NCBI RefSeq assembly: GCF_001194135.2
Contig: NC_068989.1
Coordinates: 73,686,304-73,746,201, forward strand
DNA from: Octopus bimaculoides
Taxonomy: Eukaryota
DNA: 59,898 nucleotides
Direction of reading: 5' to 3'
The notes under the pieces are model-generated. The model saw only the letters and a list, made by a program, of their open reading frames with translations. It was not told the DNA's origin and ran no database searches. This document shows, piece after piece, positions 25,391-35,529 of this stretch; position 1 is the stretch's first letter, and every line of letters begins with the position of its first letter. A program made the position numbers and the translations under genes.

Positions 25391-25615
25391 TAGGCGGCGA
25401 GCTGGCAGAATCGTTAGCACGCCGGGCAAAATGCTTAGCAGTATTTCGTCTGCCGTTACGTTCTGAGTTCAAATTCCGCCGAGGTCGACTTTGCCTTTCA
25501 TCCTTTCGGGGTCGATTAAATAACTACCAGTTACGCACTGGGATCGACTTAACCCGTTTGTCTGTCCTTGTTTGTCCCCTCTGTGTGTAGCCCCTTGTGG
25601 GCAGTAAAGAAATAA
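25391..25615 (+). mobile_element. Young SINE family A with variant tail
   Basis: Near-consensus head; tail gtttgtcccctctgtgtgtagccccttgtgggcagtaaagaaata, similar to 58470-58665. Confidence 0.85.
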
Positions 25616-27023
25616 GACATGGTAAATTTTATCAAATGTTTATGATGGTGATGATGATGACGACGACGATGAGAACAATGATGAAGACGATCTTAATGAT
25701 GATGATGTGGATGCTGAATAACCAAATGGTTAGAACAAATTAAACAACAACAGCAACAGCAACAACAAAGTAACAAAAAACAAACAAAAAAACAATGAAC
25801 AAACTAATGTTAATCATTGTAAAAAGTACCAAAAATATACTTACAGAAGTTTCTGGAATGAATTAAGTCTCAAAGAGTGAACGTGAAAACAATAACAACG
25901 AACTTTGGTTATAACAATAAAAAAAAATAACCAATCTTTAAATCCTTTAGTAAATGATTGAATCAAAACGAAATAGCAATGAAAAACCAAGATAACGAGG
26001 ACACGTGAAGTGCGGCGAAGAAGAGAGCAAAGTAAACGCTAGCAGAAGAGATGGTAATGAGGGTAGAATATTGTCTGATCTGGTTGATAAGAGAGACAGA
26101 CAATGGAGCACGTAAATGCAAAAATAAATAACAATGTCACTTTGGCTGTTACGTAGTAGATTACACAGAAATTTGAAGATTGACGAGTTCGTATTAAAGT
26201 CATCTAACAAAACTATAATTCTGTGTTTTGTTTCGTTTAGTTTTATCATTTTTTTCGTTAAATTTCTTGCTTTCAATTTGATGGTTGTTTTGAAGTAGTG
26301 AGCTATTTTTCCAATGACGAGATAGAAATGAGAAGGTTGGATTAATTAAGTGATGTCTGTCCTGCAAATTTAGATATTTTTTTTTTTACCGACAGTGTAA
26401 ACTAAGTTAATAAGCTCAAGCTGAAATGTTTCATTCCGAGTGTTGTTTGGTTTTCTCCATGTTTCTGTTCCGTTTAACTGCAGTGAGAAAAATAGTCACT
26501 CCATGAATAGACGCAAGTCATTGATAGTAACTTTCCCAAACACTGTTTATAATTAGTTATTCTGATCATAGAAATAACGAAGTGCCTGCAGCAGATATAA
26601 ACTTAGTAATCAGGAGATAGTAATCCAATAATTTTACTGGATGACCGCTCTTTAAAATGGACTGATTTTTGATACGAGAGTTTCATATTTCTCAAAACAA
26701 AAATAAAAAGACAAGAAAAATAAAATAAATATTGTAGAGTATTATGGAGTTCGTACAATTAATACCAGTTAAAATTACTGAAATTAATATATTGACTAAT
26801 AGCTGGCGTTGTTTAACACCAGGTCAGCCAGGTAATCTTGGATTTAGAAGTCCTACGATCAAAAACATTCTAACCATAATCACTATCGTTCCAATGTGTC
26901 TTTTGTTTTTAAAGATATGGAACGATTTAAGTGAATTTGGATGCTATTTCTAGTTTGTCAAGAGACCACGTAGAGGCGTCTATCCATAAAATATATTTCC
27001 AACTTTACCATTGCTCTCTTTAT

Positions 27024-27052
<29 letters not shown>

Positions 27053-27058
<6 letters not shown>

Positions 27059-27350
27059 GAAGTATATTGCCACTTAGGTGTGGCTGACCCCTAGGGGTGG
27101 ATGTTACTGTTGCTTTTAGCCCCAGGAGGACATCTCCTCCAGCTGGCTTATCGACACACTACTGTGTCCTGTTTGCCAAGGGAAGTTATCCCTCTCATCG
27201 TGATCTGTAGCACGAACGGACCCGGGTTTCAGGGTTATTTCCCTTCGTCAGCGTCCGATAGCCACTGATCTTTGATGAGAGAGATAAATTCTTGGCAATC
27301 TTATGTATACTTTTCCAGTGAAATTCTTCACTGATATCGAAAAGGTGAAA
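27053..27350 (-). mobile_element. Structured HHR-bearing repeat (PLE pseudo-LTR or retrozyme-like), abutting (TA)n at its 3' end and an N-gap at its 5' end
   Basis: GC-richer island containing the HHR, the 27173-27298 inverted repeat and several short hairpins; PLE terminal repeats are known to carry minimal type I HHRs. Confidence 0.6.
27213..27257 (-). ncRNA. Type I hammerhead ribozyme, intact core, predicted cleavage after GUC between 27219 and 27218
   Basis: Minus strand reads CGGACG CUGACGA AGGG-AAAUAA-CCCU GAAA CCCGGG UC^ CGUUCG: all conserved core bases, 4-bp helix II, 6-bp helix I (one G-U), palindromic helix III. Confidence 0.9.
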
Positions 27351-27791
27351 NNNNNNNNNNNNNNNNNNNNNNNNNNNNNNNNNNNNNNNNNNNNNNNNNN
27401 NNNNNNNNNNNNNNNNNNNNNNNNNNNNNNNNNNNNNNNNNNNNNNNNNNNNNNNNNNNNNNNNNNNNNNNNNNNNNNNNNNNNNNNNNNNNNNNNNNNN
27501 NNNNNNNNNNNNNNNNNNNNNNNNNNNNNNNNNNNNNNNNNNNNNNNNNNNNNNNNNNNNNNNNNNNNNNNNNNNNNNNNNNNNNNNNNNNNNNNNNNNN
27601 NNNNNNNNNNNNNNNNNNNNNNNNNNNNNNNNNNNNNNNNNNNNNNNNNNNNNNNNNNNNNNNNNNNNNNNNNNNNNNNNNNNNNNNNNNNNNNNNNNNN
27701 NNNNNNNNNNNNNNNNNNNNNNNNNNNNNNNNNNNNNNNNNNNNNNNNNNNNNNNNNNNNNNNNNNNNNNNNNNNNNNNNNNNNNNNNATA

Positions 27792-28589
27792 TTCGAGATG
27801 GTATCAAAACGTTTCCAGACTAGTTATATTTAATAAAAACAAAAAAAATAATTTATTTTCTAAGTTTAACATCTTCTTTTTCAAAATAGTCACTTTGCGC
27901 AGCAATACGCCGGTCACTTTTGGAATCTGGCCTGGAAGTCGTTTTCCCTAAACGAGTCAAAGACCTTCTGTGATTCGCTCCTGATCTCGACAGCGGTGTT
28001 AAAACAGTGACCTTTGAACTGTGTTTTCATCTTGGGGAAGAGATGGAAGTCCTCAGGTATTAAATCTGGCGAATAGGGAGAGTGTGGAAGCGATACTATG
28101 TTGTTTTTGGCGAAAAGCTCACAAGTGAAGATTGCTCGGTGACAGAACATTATCGTCGTGAAGAACCGAATTCTTCGCGCTCCATAGATCCGGTCTTTTT
28201 CCCCGAATGTCTTCTCTCAAATGTTTCAAAACGTCGAAGAACTCTCTGGCCGAGGAGGACGACTTCTCGATGTACAATACCGCGTATGTCGAAAAAAAAA
28301 ATCTCTTGATTGAGCTGCGGCTCTGTCGTGCCTCTTGAAGCGCCCGTACCACTCGAAACATTGCGTACGACCCATTGCCTCGTCGCCGTAAGTTTGCCAA
28401 AGCATGCTCAACATTTCTGTAGCAGAGTCCTAAGTTTAACGCAAAATTTCACGTTGGCTCTTTGTTCCAACTTCCTATCTATGACACAGCACACTGCCTC
28501 CTGAAGTTCCATGTTAGCTCTCACTGCACACGCTGCCATCTGTTGGCGCGCCACAGAACTAGCCCGGGAACATTTTGATACTTTTTCTC
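27792..28589 (-). mobile_element. Internally deleted mariner (D,D34D) element
   Basis: Imperfect ~30-bp TIRs (27794-27825 and 28557-28589); transposase pieces EQRANVKFCVKL, MLWQTYGDEAMGRTQCFEWYGRFK, VLHDDN, HSPYSPDLIPEDFHLFPKMK with a central deletion and frameshifts. Confidence 0.9.
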
Positions 28590-28600
28590 ACTCTCTCTCT

Positions 28601-28819
28601 CAGCGGGGGCTGAAATGTTCCTGGCATTGGATTAAAGGAAATACAAGAGAATCAGTCAATAATGTTTTTATTCAACATGTTCCCCTCTCAGATTCACACA
28701 CTTATTGCAGCGGTACTTCAGCTTTTCTAAGCTCTACAAAAGAACTCGGAATGTTGTGTATCCAGCCAAGGTCTTTACGATACCTTTAAAGCCCAGGAAC
28801 TTTCCAGCACTACTTCGTA
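28601..28819. mobile_element. Mariner-type MITE
   Basis: Ends gctgaaatgttcctggc and (reverse complement) tacgaagtagtgctggaaagttcctgggc form imperfect TIRs; right end in TA run; no ORF. Confidence 0.6.
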
Positions 28820-29004
28820 TATATATGTATGTATGAAGTGTGTTTATATATATATATATATATATNNNNNNNNNNNNNNNNNNNNNNNNNNNNNNNNNNN
28901 NNNNNNNNNNNNNNNNNNNNNNNNNNNNNNNNNNNNNNNNNNNNNNNNNNNNNNNNNNNNNNNNNNATGTAGTGTTCGTGTGTGTATACATATATATGTA
29001 TGTA

Positions 29005-29056
<52 letters not shown>

Positions 29057-29240
29057 TTGTGTATATGTATATGTGTATATATATGTGTATGTATATATGT
29101 GCATGTTGTGTATATATATATATGTATGTATATATGTGCATGTTGTGTATATATATATGTATGTATATATGTGTATGTTGTATATATATATATATATGTA
29201 GATAGATAGATAAATACATACATACATACATACATACGAA
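28820..29240. repeat. (TA)/(TG) microsatellite and ~35-bp minisatellite block around a gap
   Basis: Repeated gtgcatgttgtgtatatatatatatgtatg units. Confidence 0.85.
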
Positions 29241-30244
29241 AGGCAATATGGGATTAAAGCAAAATCATAATTCTGTTTTAGTACCCTGAAGCTATAGTGA
29301 GTTAAGAAATTGTGTAAGTATTGAAACAAATGTTGGCTTATTATACCTTCGGTGATGCAGCTGGCGATTTTTCACGAATAGGTTTCATCCTAGGTGGGGA
29401 ATAGCGAAGAAAACGGCGCTGATGAATTGACAATGCAATTTTAAAGGTTAAAAGTAACTATAATATTTACTCAACTAAGATACAGTTTTCCAATAATTGT
29501 ATAAACTGATAAGAAGAAAAACTTGTGTTAGGAGTAAGAAATCGTATGAGTAAATTGTCTTTAAAAAGCCTGGAGGCCTCGACGATGCGGACAAAAGGTG
29601 AAGAACCTTTCTAAGATAGAAAACTGCATTGAAATTTAACTCCTATTTGACAAGGCCACTCACTCACTCTCTCTCTCTCTCACACGCACACGCACACACA
29701 CGTACACACGCACAAACACACACGTTGCTAATTGTATTATTTTATGAAGTATAATTATTGGCAATAATTCATACAAAATCTAAAACAGGTGGAGTTTCGT
29801 AATAAGCAACGTACCGTAACATTTGTTTACCGAAAGTTTCTACGGATTTCTAAGTTATAAACATGATTGTAATTACTCTACAGACGCAATTACAATTGTA
29901 GGTAAAGAAGTATAAATAACCGTTTCTAAAATTAGCAATTTGCTGTAAAGTTTAGCTGTAAATAAAATTAAATCAACAAAAATATATTCTAATATAATGA
30001 CTTATTCTTCAAACTTTGTATTTCGTTTCAAAAACAGCCTTCCCGATTCTGTCGTAGACTGAGTGTAACATGTAGGCAATTATTACCATTCATTTTTCTT
30101 TGAGGAAGAAGGCAAAAAGGCCATGTAAAGAAGTGAGCGACTCGTAAACGAGAATCGTAAATGCAATTCGTCTGTAGGCTTTTCACTCAAAACCCAGTCT
30201 ACTCTAGCCCAGGTCCGTCAAAGCAGCAGGTATATAACACAGAG

Positions 30245-30375
30245 CAGTAGCGTGGCTAGTGGGGCCAACACTTTTATTGGGTGGCACTGTTGCGTCTACT
30301 TTATAAGTTTGTGTAGGCTTGCGGAGGAAAACTCAAGTGCTGCCGCAGATGGCACACACTCTAGCTACGCCACGG
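30245..30375. mobile_element. Short hAT-type MITE
   Basis: TIRs cagtagcgtggctag and ctagctacgccacgg (CAGTGGCGTAGCTAG-like); no TSD retained. Confidence 0.6.
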
Positions 30376-31617
30376 TCGCAGTTGTAACGTATCGCTACAA
30401 GTAGCGACAACAGTTTAAAACTGACGATCGTCTTCTTGGCTTTCTGTACTATGTTAATTGCTGCACACAAGGAAAAGATAACTAGATATACTACCGTTTT
30501 GTCTATGAAGATATATGTTACGATTCCATTTAAAGCTAAGGAAGCCGAAGATAATCACTGACCAAATAGAACAAGCATGTATGAAATAAGGAGTAATAAA
30601 ACACCATCAATGATTTCTAGCATCAGTACAAGACCTCGAATTTTCAGAGATATAGCATTGTTGATTTGATCAACGACAAATATCTGACTGGCATGTTTAA
30701 CCGATAACTATGAGTTTGACAGAATATTTTTTTCGTTACAAAGCTGGTCAGAAACTATATGTAGTTTGACAAGCCTTGCGGTGAAGCAAAACATTTTATC
30801 GTACTCTTGGTTAACGATTAAACGTACTGACACTTAGATTACTTACGTTGAGTTCTTTATTCTAAACAGCCTGATCCATTTTCCTATGAACTTGTCATCC
30901 TCAAGAATAATATCTGACATTAGTTTATTTTATCAAGTCCCGGATATTCGAAAAGTTGACTTCTGCTGGATTCGAAACCCAGCACATGGAAAACCATAAA
31001 TTAATGTTACAATATATTTCGATCGTCACTCTAACGATTCTACGAATTTATCATCCTAAATTTTGAAAGATTGTCTATTCTTGATAAAATATTTTTCTTA
31101 CATAGGTAATGAATTAAAGGAATCGTTAGAACATGGGACAAAATGTCTCATAACTCTTTGTTATGGATTTTTACGCTCTGAGTTCAATTGCTGCTGTTCA
31201 TCCTTCCAGAGTAAATAAACAGTTGCAACAATGAAGCGCTGAGGTGCAACATTCTGTCTCTCAAGCTGCCATGTCTTACATTCTCCACCGACTGAAGTGG
31301 ATGCCTGTATCTGATCAAGACTATATGGAGCACTTAAAGAAAACTTTAGTGAAAGGTATGATGCCAAGGCACATATTCAACTACGAGTTATGTCCAGCTT
31401 ATACTGGAACAAGACCCCTCATTTTCAATAAGTATAAGGTAGCGGAGATGGGGTTGGATGGGGAGGGGCTAAGGCCAATTGGATCAACATCCCAGTATCT
31501 GATTGGAGTGGACGAAAGGCAAAGTCGGTGTAATTTGAAACTCAGAAAGTATAGGACGTAGCTGAAATTTTGTCCATCTACCGATTGTTTAATTCACCAA
31601 TGTTGACTATAAATTCA

Positions 31618-31654
<37 letters not shown>

Positions 31655-31774
31655 CTTACAGTATAATTTTCTGCTCCCCGAGAGCCTGCTATACATGTAT
31701 GACATCCTTTCTCCTGTTCAGAAACTGCAATCCTGGTCTTACCGGTAAAATAAGAAAGCACTCATCTGCTTTAT

Positions 31775-32260
31775 AAAAAATTCAGATTTAATTTCATCAT
31801 AACAACTAACTTTAAAAGAATAAACTTTCTTAACATCATTTTTCTATCTAATTCTTAGTACTATCCTTTTCGTAAGCCTAACGAGACACTAAACTGCATA
31901 CACAGGAAATCAAACCACCTCAGGAACAACTCTAACTCATTAAGAATGTACCCTATAAACTTTCAAAACTCTCTGCTAATGAGCAGATATTCAAAGACCA
32001 CTCCTGCTACAATAACAACCTAACAGGAAAAAATATCATGTATATCGAATCAAGCATCGTACAAGTGTAACAACGAAAACAAAAATATTTGCTGGAACAA
32101 TCCATACAAGATTTTGAGTAACTTACACTTAAGGCTAAATTATTCGTTTCAATACTTAATACTTCTCATCCAATCATAGATATAACATTTTGATAAGGAT
32201 ACGATAAATATTTCATACTCCACGACTCCAAATCTAAACAAGCTCCTACACTCTTACCAG
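31775..32260 (+). mobile_element. Decayed Penelope-like RT thumb/linker region
   Basis: Translates with stops and frameshifts to FIITTNFKRINFLNIIF..*YYPFRKPNETLNCIHRKSNH and DKDTINISYSTTPNL, matching PLE motifs NFLDVTF/Y.PYRKPN/YIH..SNHP and K.SYSC.PN. Confidence 0.75.
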
Positions 32261-32554
32261 AAATAAGTACTGAAATTGCAGTTTAGTGTAAGTTCATCAA
32301 TTCCCTTATATACGCATTTAACTTGGTTGATCAAAAACCTTGTTTATCCATGCAATATAACAACTCTACCAAACCGTATGTCGGTTTTGCATCAACTTCA
32401 TTTAAACTATAAACAACTACCTCGATTTTCTTCCTTCACAGAAAAATGTCCTTCCAATTAGAGCGCATTTCGTACCTTAAAACTATAAATGTACAATATA
32501 GTCTAAACGAATACCGTCACTACAACCAAGCCTTGAACAAGAGCCAGAAAGCCA

Positions 32555-32990
32555 TTTGGCCTTTGTTATCTGTGCACGGAAGATCGCATTTCTTGCAGAA
32601 TTCCTAGTACACCTTAAGAGCGACTATGTCATGTTGACGTCTGTACTCTTTTTGTGCTAATTGTGAGCAGCCACTGATAACGCGTCCTATTGTTTTAGTC
32701 TCCTGCTCACATTTTCTGCATAGTGGTGACTCTGCTGTGTGAACGATAGAGTACTGGACAGAACTTGTTTTCAAGGCCTGCTCTTAGTCAGCAAAGATCA
32801 CTTCTTCGGTCTCTTACTCATTCCACAAGCATCTCCATGACTTGGGTTCAGCCAGCTTCTGTGATTCTTGTGAAAACATTCCAAACAATGACGTTTCTTT
32901 CCATATTGCCATGTTCCCCTCAAACACTCTTTTCTAAATATCAACCAAAGATTCTGTCTCTGCTTGTACCTTCTCATTCAGTGCTGTCAT
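32555..32990 (-). mobile_element. R4/Dong-clade non-LTR retrotransposon fragment (CCHC zinc knuckle region)
   Basis: Minus translation ...SWRCLWNE*ETEEVIFAD*EQALKT...SPLCRKCEQETKTIGRVISGCSQLAQKEYRRQHDIVALKVY*EFCKK matches the RLE-clade pattern ETE..I.AAQ.QAL.T / CR.C....ET..H..SGC..LA..EY..RHD.V. Confidence 0.8.
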
Positions 32991-33077
32991 CAGCACCCAC
33001 CCGTGACATGACTGTAAATAATCATCCAATGAAATGCACTCAAATTATTATCATTATTATTAATTAATTAATTTTTT

Positions 33078-33320
33078 TCAGGCGGTATTTCGTCCGTATT
33101 CATGTTCTGAGTTCAATTTCCGACGAGGTCGACTAGGCTTTTTATACTTTCGGGGTCGATAAATTAAGTACCGATGAAACATTGGGGGTCGGGCAAAATG
33201 TTTAACAACATTTCGTCCGTGCTTACGTTCTGAGCTCAAATTCTGCTGGGGACTAGTCTCCTCCCCGCGAAATTTCAGGCCTTGTACCTATAGTAGGAAA
33301 GATTGTTATCATTATTATCC
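33078..33320 (+). mobile_element. Two nested or partial family A SINEs
   Basis: A-body segment present twice in tandem before the ATT tail. Confidence 0.7.
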
Positions 33321-34601
33321 TCACACTCACTCCTCCTGTCCCTTTATATTTTCCCCGTATTATTGTGTTATCATTATTGTTCTGCATTATCATTAGCACA
33401 TTAGGTTCATTATGAAAATCATTATTATCCACTTCCCTTCATAATATTCTTTTTATCGCAACTTTCACCTCTCCCAACCATTAACTAACTAGTTCCGTTA
33501 ACTCATTAATAGCCCTTCGCCTTTATTGATTTTTTTCCTATAATTTCATTGCTCCACTTATTTATTCAGCAGTTTTGTTAATTTATTATATCATCAAATC
33601 ACTAATTCACTAAATTATAAATGACGTACAACCCCTCACGCTGTTTACCAAAAATAAAATAATAAAAAAAAAGATCTGCTCTTCTCTGTGTCATCTGACC
33701 TGCTGCCAGCGCTCTGCTCAACGTCGATCCTCACCACTCGGATGACCTTCAGAACTATATCCCTATACCCTAGCACACTTGACCGCCAGACAAACAAATA
33801 TCAATTTATACTTCTATCACCATTAAATTTATGTTTTAGACTCATAACTTTATTTTTAGGAGTAGTCTATTGATTATTGATTATTTTCTAATTTTCAATT
33901 TTTCTCATACTAATTCTGCACACTGTTTAATTTCTATGGAATTCCGGTTCAATACCCTCCATTGTTCTCAACCACCATACGCAGGCCGTTGTCATCTACT
34001 CACCCCTTTTCATCTTTCACTCTTATCCTCCCTCTAATAATTCCCTACCCTCATCCATTATCACTCCCCTCCACATGCCACCCATTATCCCCTACCTCTC
34101 GTTACATTTGCATTGCATATTTATGTACATTTTTGATCTCTTCAATTCTTAACATTCGAGTATTGTCATTAATAGATTTCAAATCCAGCTGATATCAACT
34201 TTACCTTTCATCCTTTCTGGGTCGATAAAATAAAGTAGCAAGAAGGCAAAAATCACTAGATCATCGGAAAGGATACCTTGTGGCAATTGTTTCATTTCTT
34301 TACATGCTGAGTTCAAATCCCACCCAGATCAACTTTGTCTTTCATCCTCCAGTGTCTATGAAATATGGAGCCTGACAATTGCCCAGTTTTCTTTTGAATA
34401 AGTCTTACTCATTCTACTCTTCCTTATGTAGTTTTTAATTTCAGTACAAGAATATTACTCTCGCTTTCAGAGTAATGAGGAATATCTCTTCGCCAGTTTG
34501 GACCTGTTATGGTAACTATGGAGTAACAGGTGATCGAAACGGCCAAAATCAACTATCGCACTCTGTTTTGAGTGCTTTTCTGGATCGTTTAACTAATTAC
34601 G

Positions 34602-34629
<28 letters not shown>

Positions 34630-34632
<3 letters not shown>

Positions 34633-34795
34633 GAGAATATACAAAAAATAACAACAGACGAGGACAGGTGGTGTAAATAACAAAAGTATATATTAGTATG
34701 ACGCTCGGGAATACGGAAAGTCTTTATAGGGATAAAATCGTTATTTAAAATACTGATTTTAGGTGGCCAGCATGGGAATAAAACCCTCAAAGGTA
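34630..34795 (-). mobile_element. Second copy of the 2880-3050 repeat family, HHR part absent
   Basis: Reverse complement aligns by eye to 2960-3050; ends in (TA)n at about 34600-34629. Confidence 0.55.
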
Positions 34796-34813
34796 GTAAT
34801 TATTATTAGAATT

Positions 34814-34959
34814 ATAATTAAGGGTATCTAAGAGATACCACCACGCTAGTTATAGCAGCCAAAAATTGACTCTAAAACTGTATCATTTAATATGGTTTTA
34901 GAGTCAAGTTTTGGCTGCTATATCTAGCGTGGTGGTATCTCTTAGATACCCTTAATTAT
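34814..34959. repeat. Foldback inverted repeat, 65-bp arms with 2 mismatches, 16-nt loop
   Basis: 34814-34878 is the reverse complement of 34895-34959. Confidence 0.95.
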
Positions 34960-35143
34960 GATTTCATATATATGTATGTATGTATGTATGTATGTGTATA
35001 AGTATGTGTGTTTGTATGTATGTATGCACACAAAGCGAAAAAGAGAAGAATATACGCATGCTGGTAGACAAACTGATATATATATANNNNNNNNNNNNNN
35101 NNNNNNNNNNNNNNNNNNNNNNNNNNNNNNNNNNNNNNNNNNN

Positions 35144-35189
<46 letters not shown>

Positions 35190-35529
35190 GGAGGGAGGTA
35201 ATAGACAGACAGTCATTTTTCTCGTCCAACTTATCAATTTGTTTTTCTTGTTTATCTAAGAATTGCGTGAAAGAGAAACCAAACCAAAATTCCTATAGAT
35301 TTTTCTGCTGTCATTTCAAGATTTTTCTGTGTCTCTAGTTTCTATCGTAATCAATTTATTTACCAGAATTCTTATGTTTTCTTTTTGTTTTTCTATTATT
35401 TTTGCACAGGTTATTACATTTTACATTTTTATGCATTGTCTTCTATTGTCATATACACATAGCGATGCTTCCTACGTGACATTTAAATCACACGTATGTT
35501 ATTGATATTATATCAAAACTTGAAGGAGG

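Noticed and set aside
25845-25852. 8-nt microexon-like unit (ccag|AAACTTCT|gtaagt)
   Set aside because: Too short to support from sequence alone and frame-breaking.
30847-30913. Minus-strand frame DIILEDDKFIGKWIRLFRIKNST ending at a gtaagt donor
   Set aside because: Acceptor lacks a pyrimidine tract and abuts a SINE remnant; phases do not fit the other exons.
31244-31561. 105-aa plus-strand ORF
   Set aside because: Begins and ends in SINE A remnants, has no recognisable motif and no convincing acceptor.
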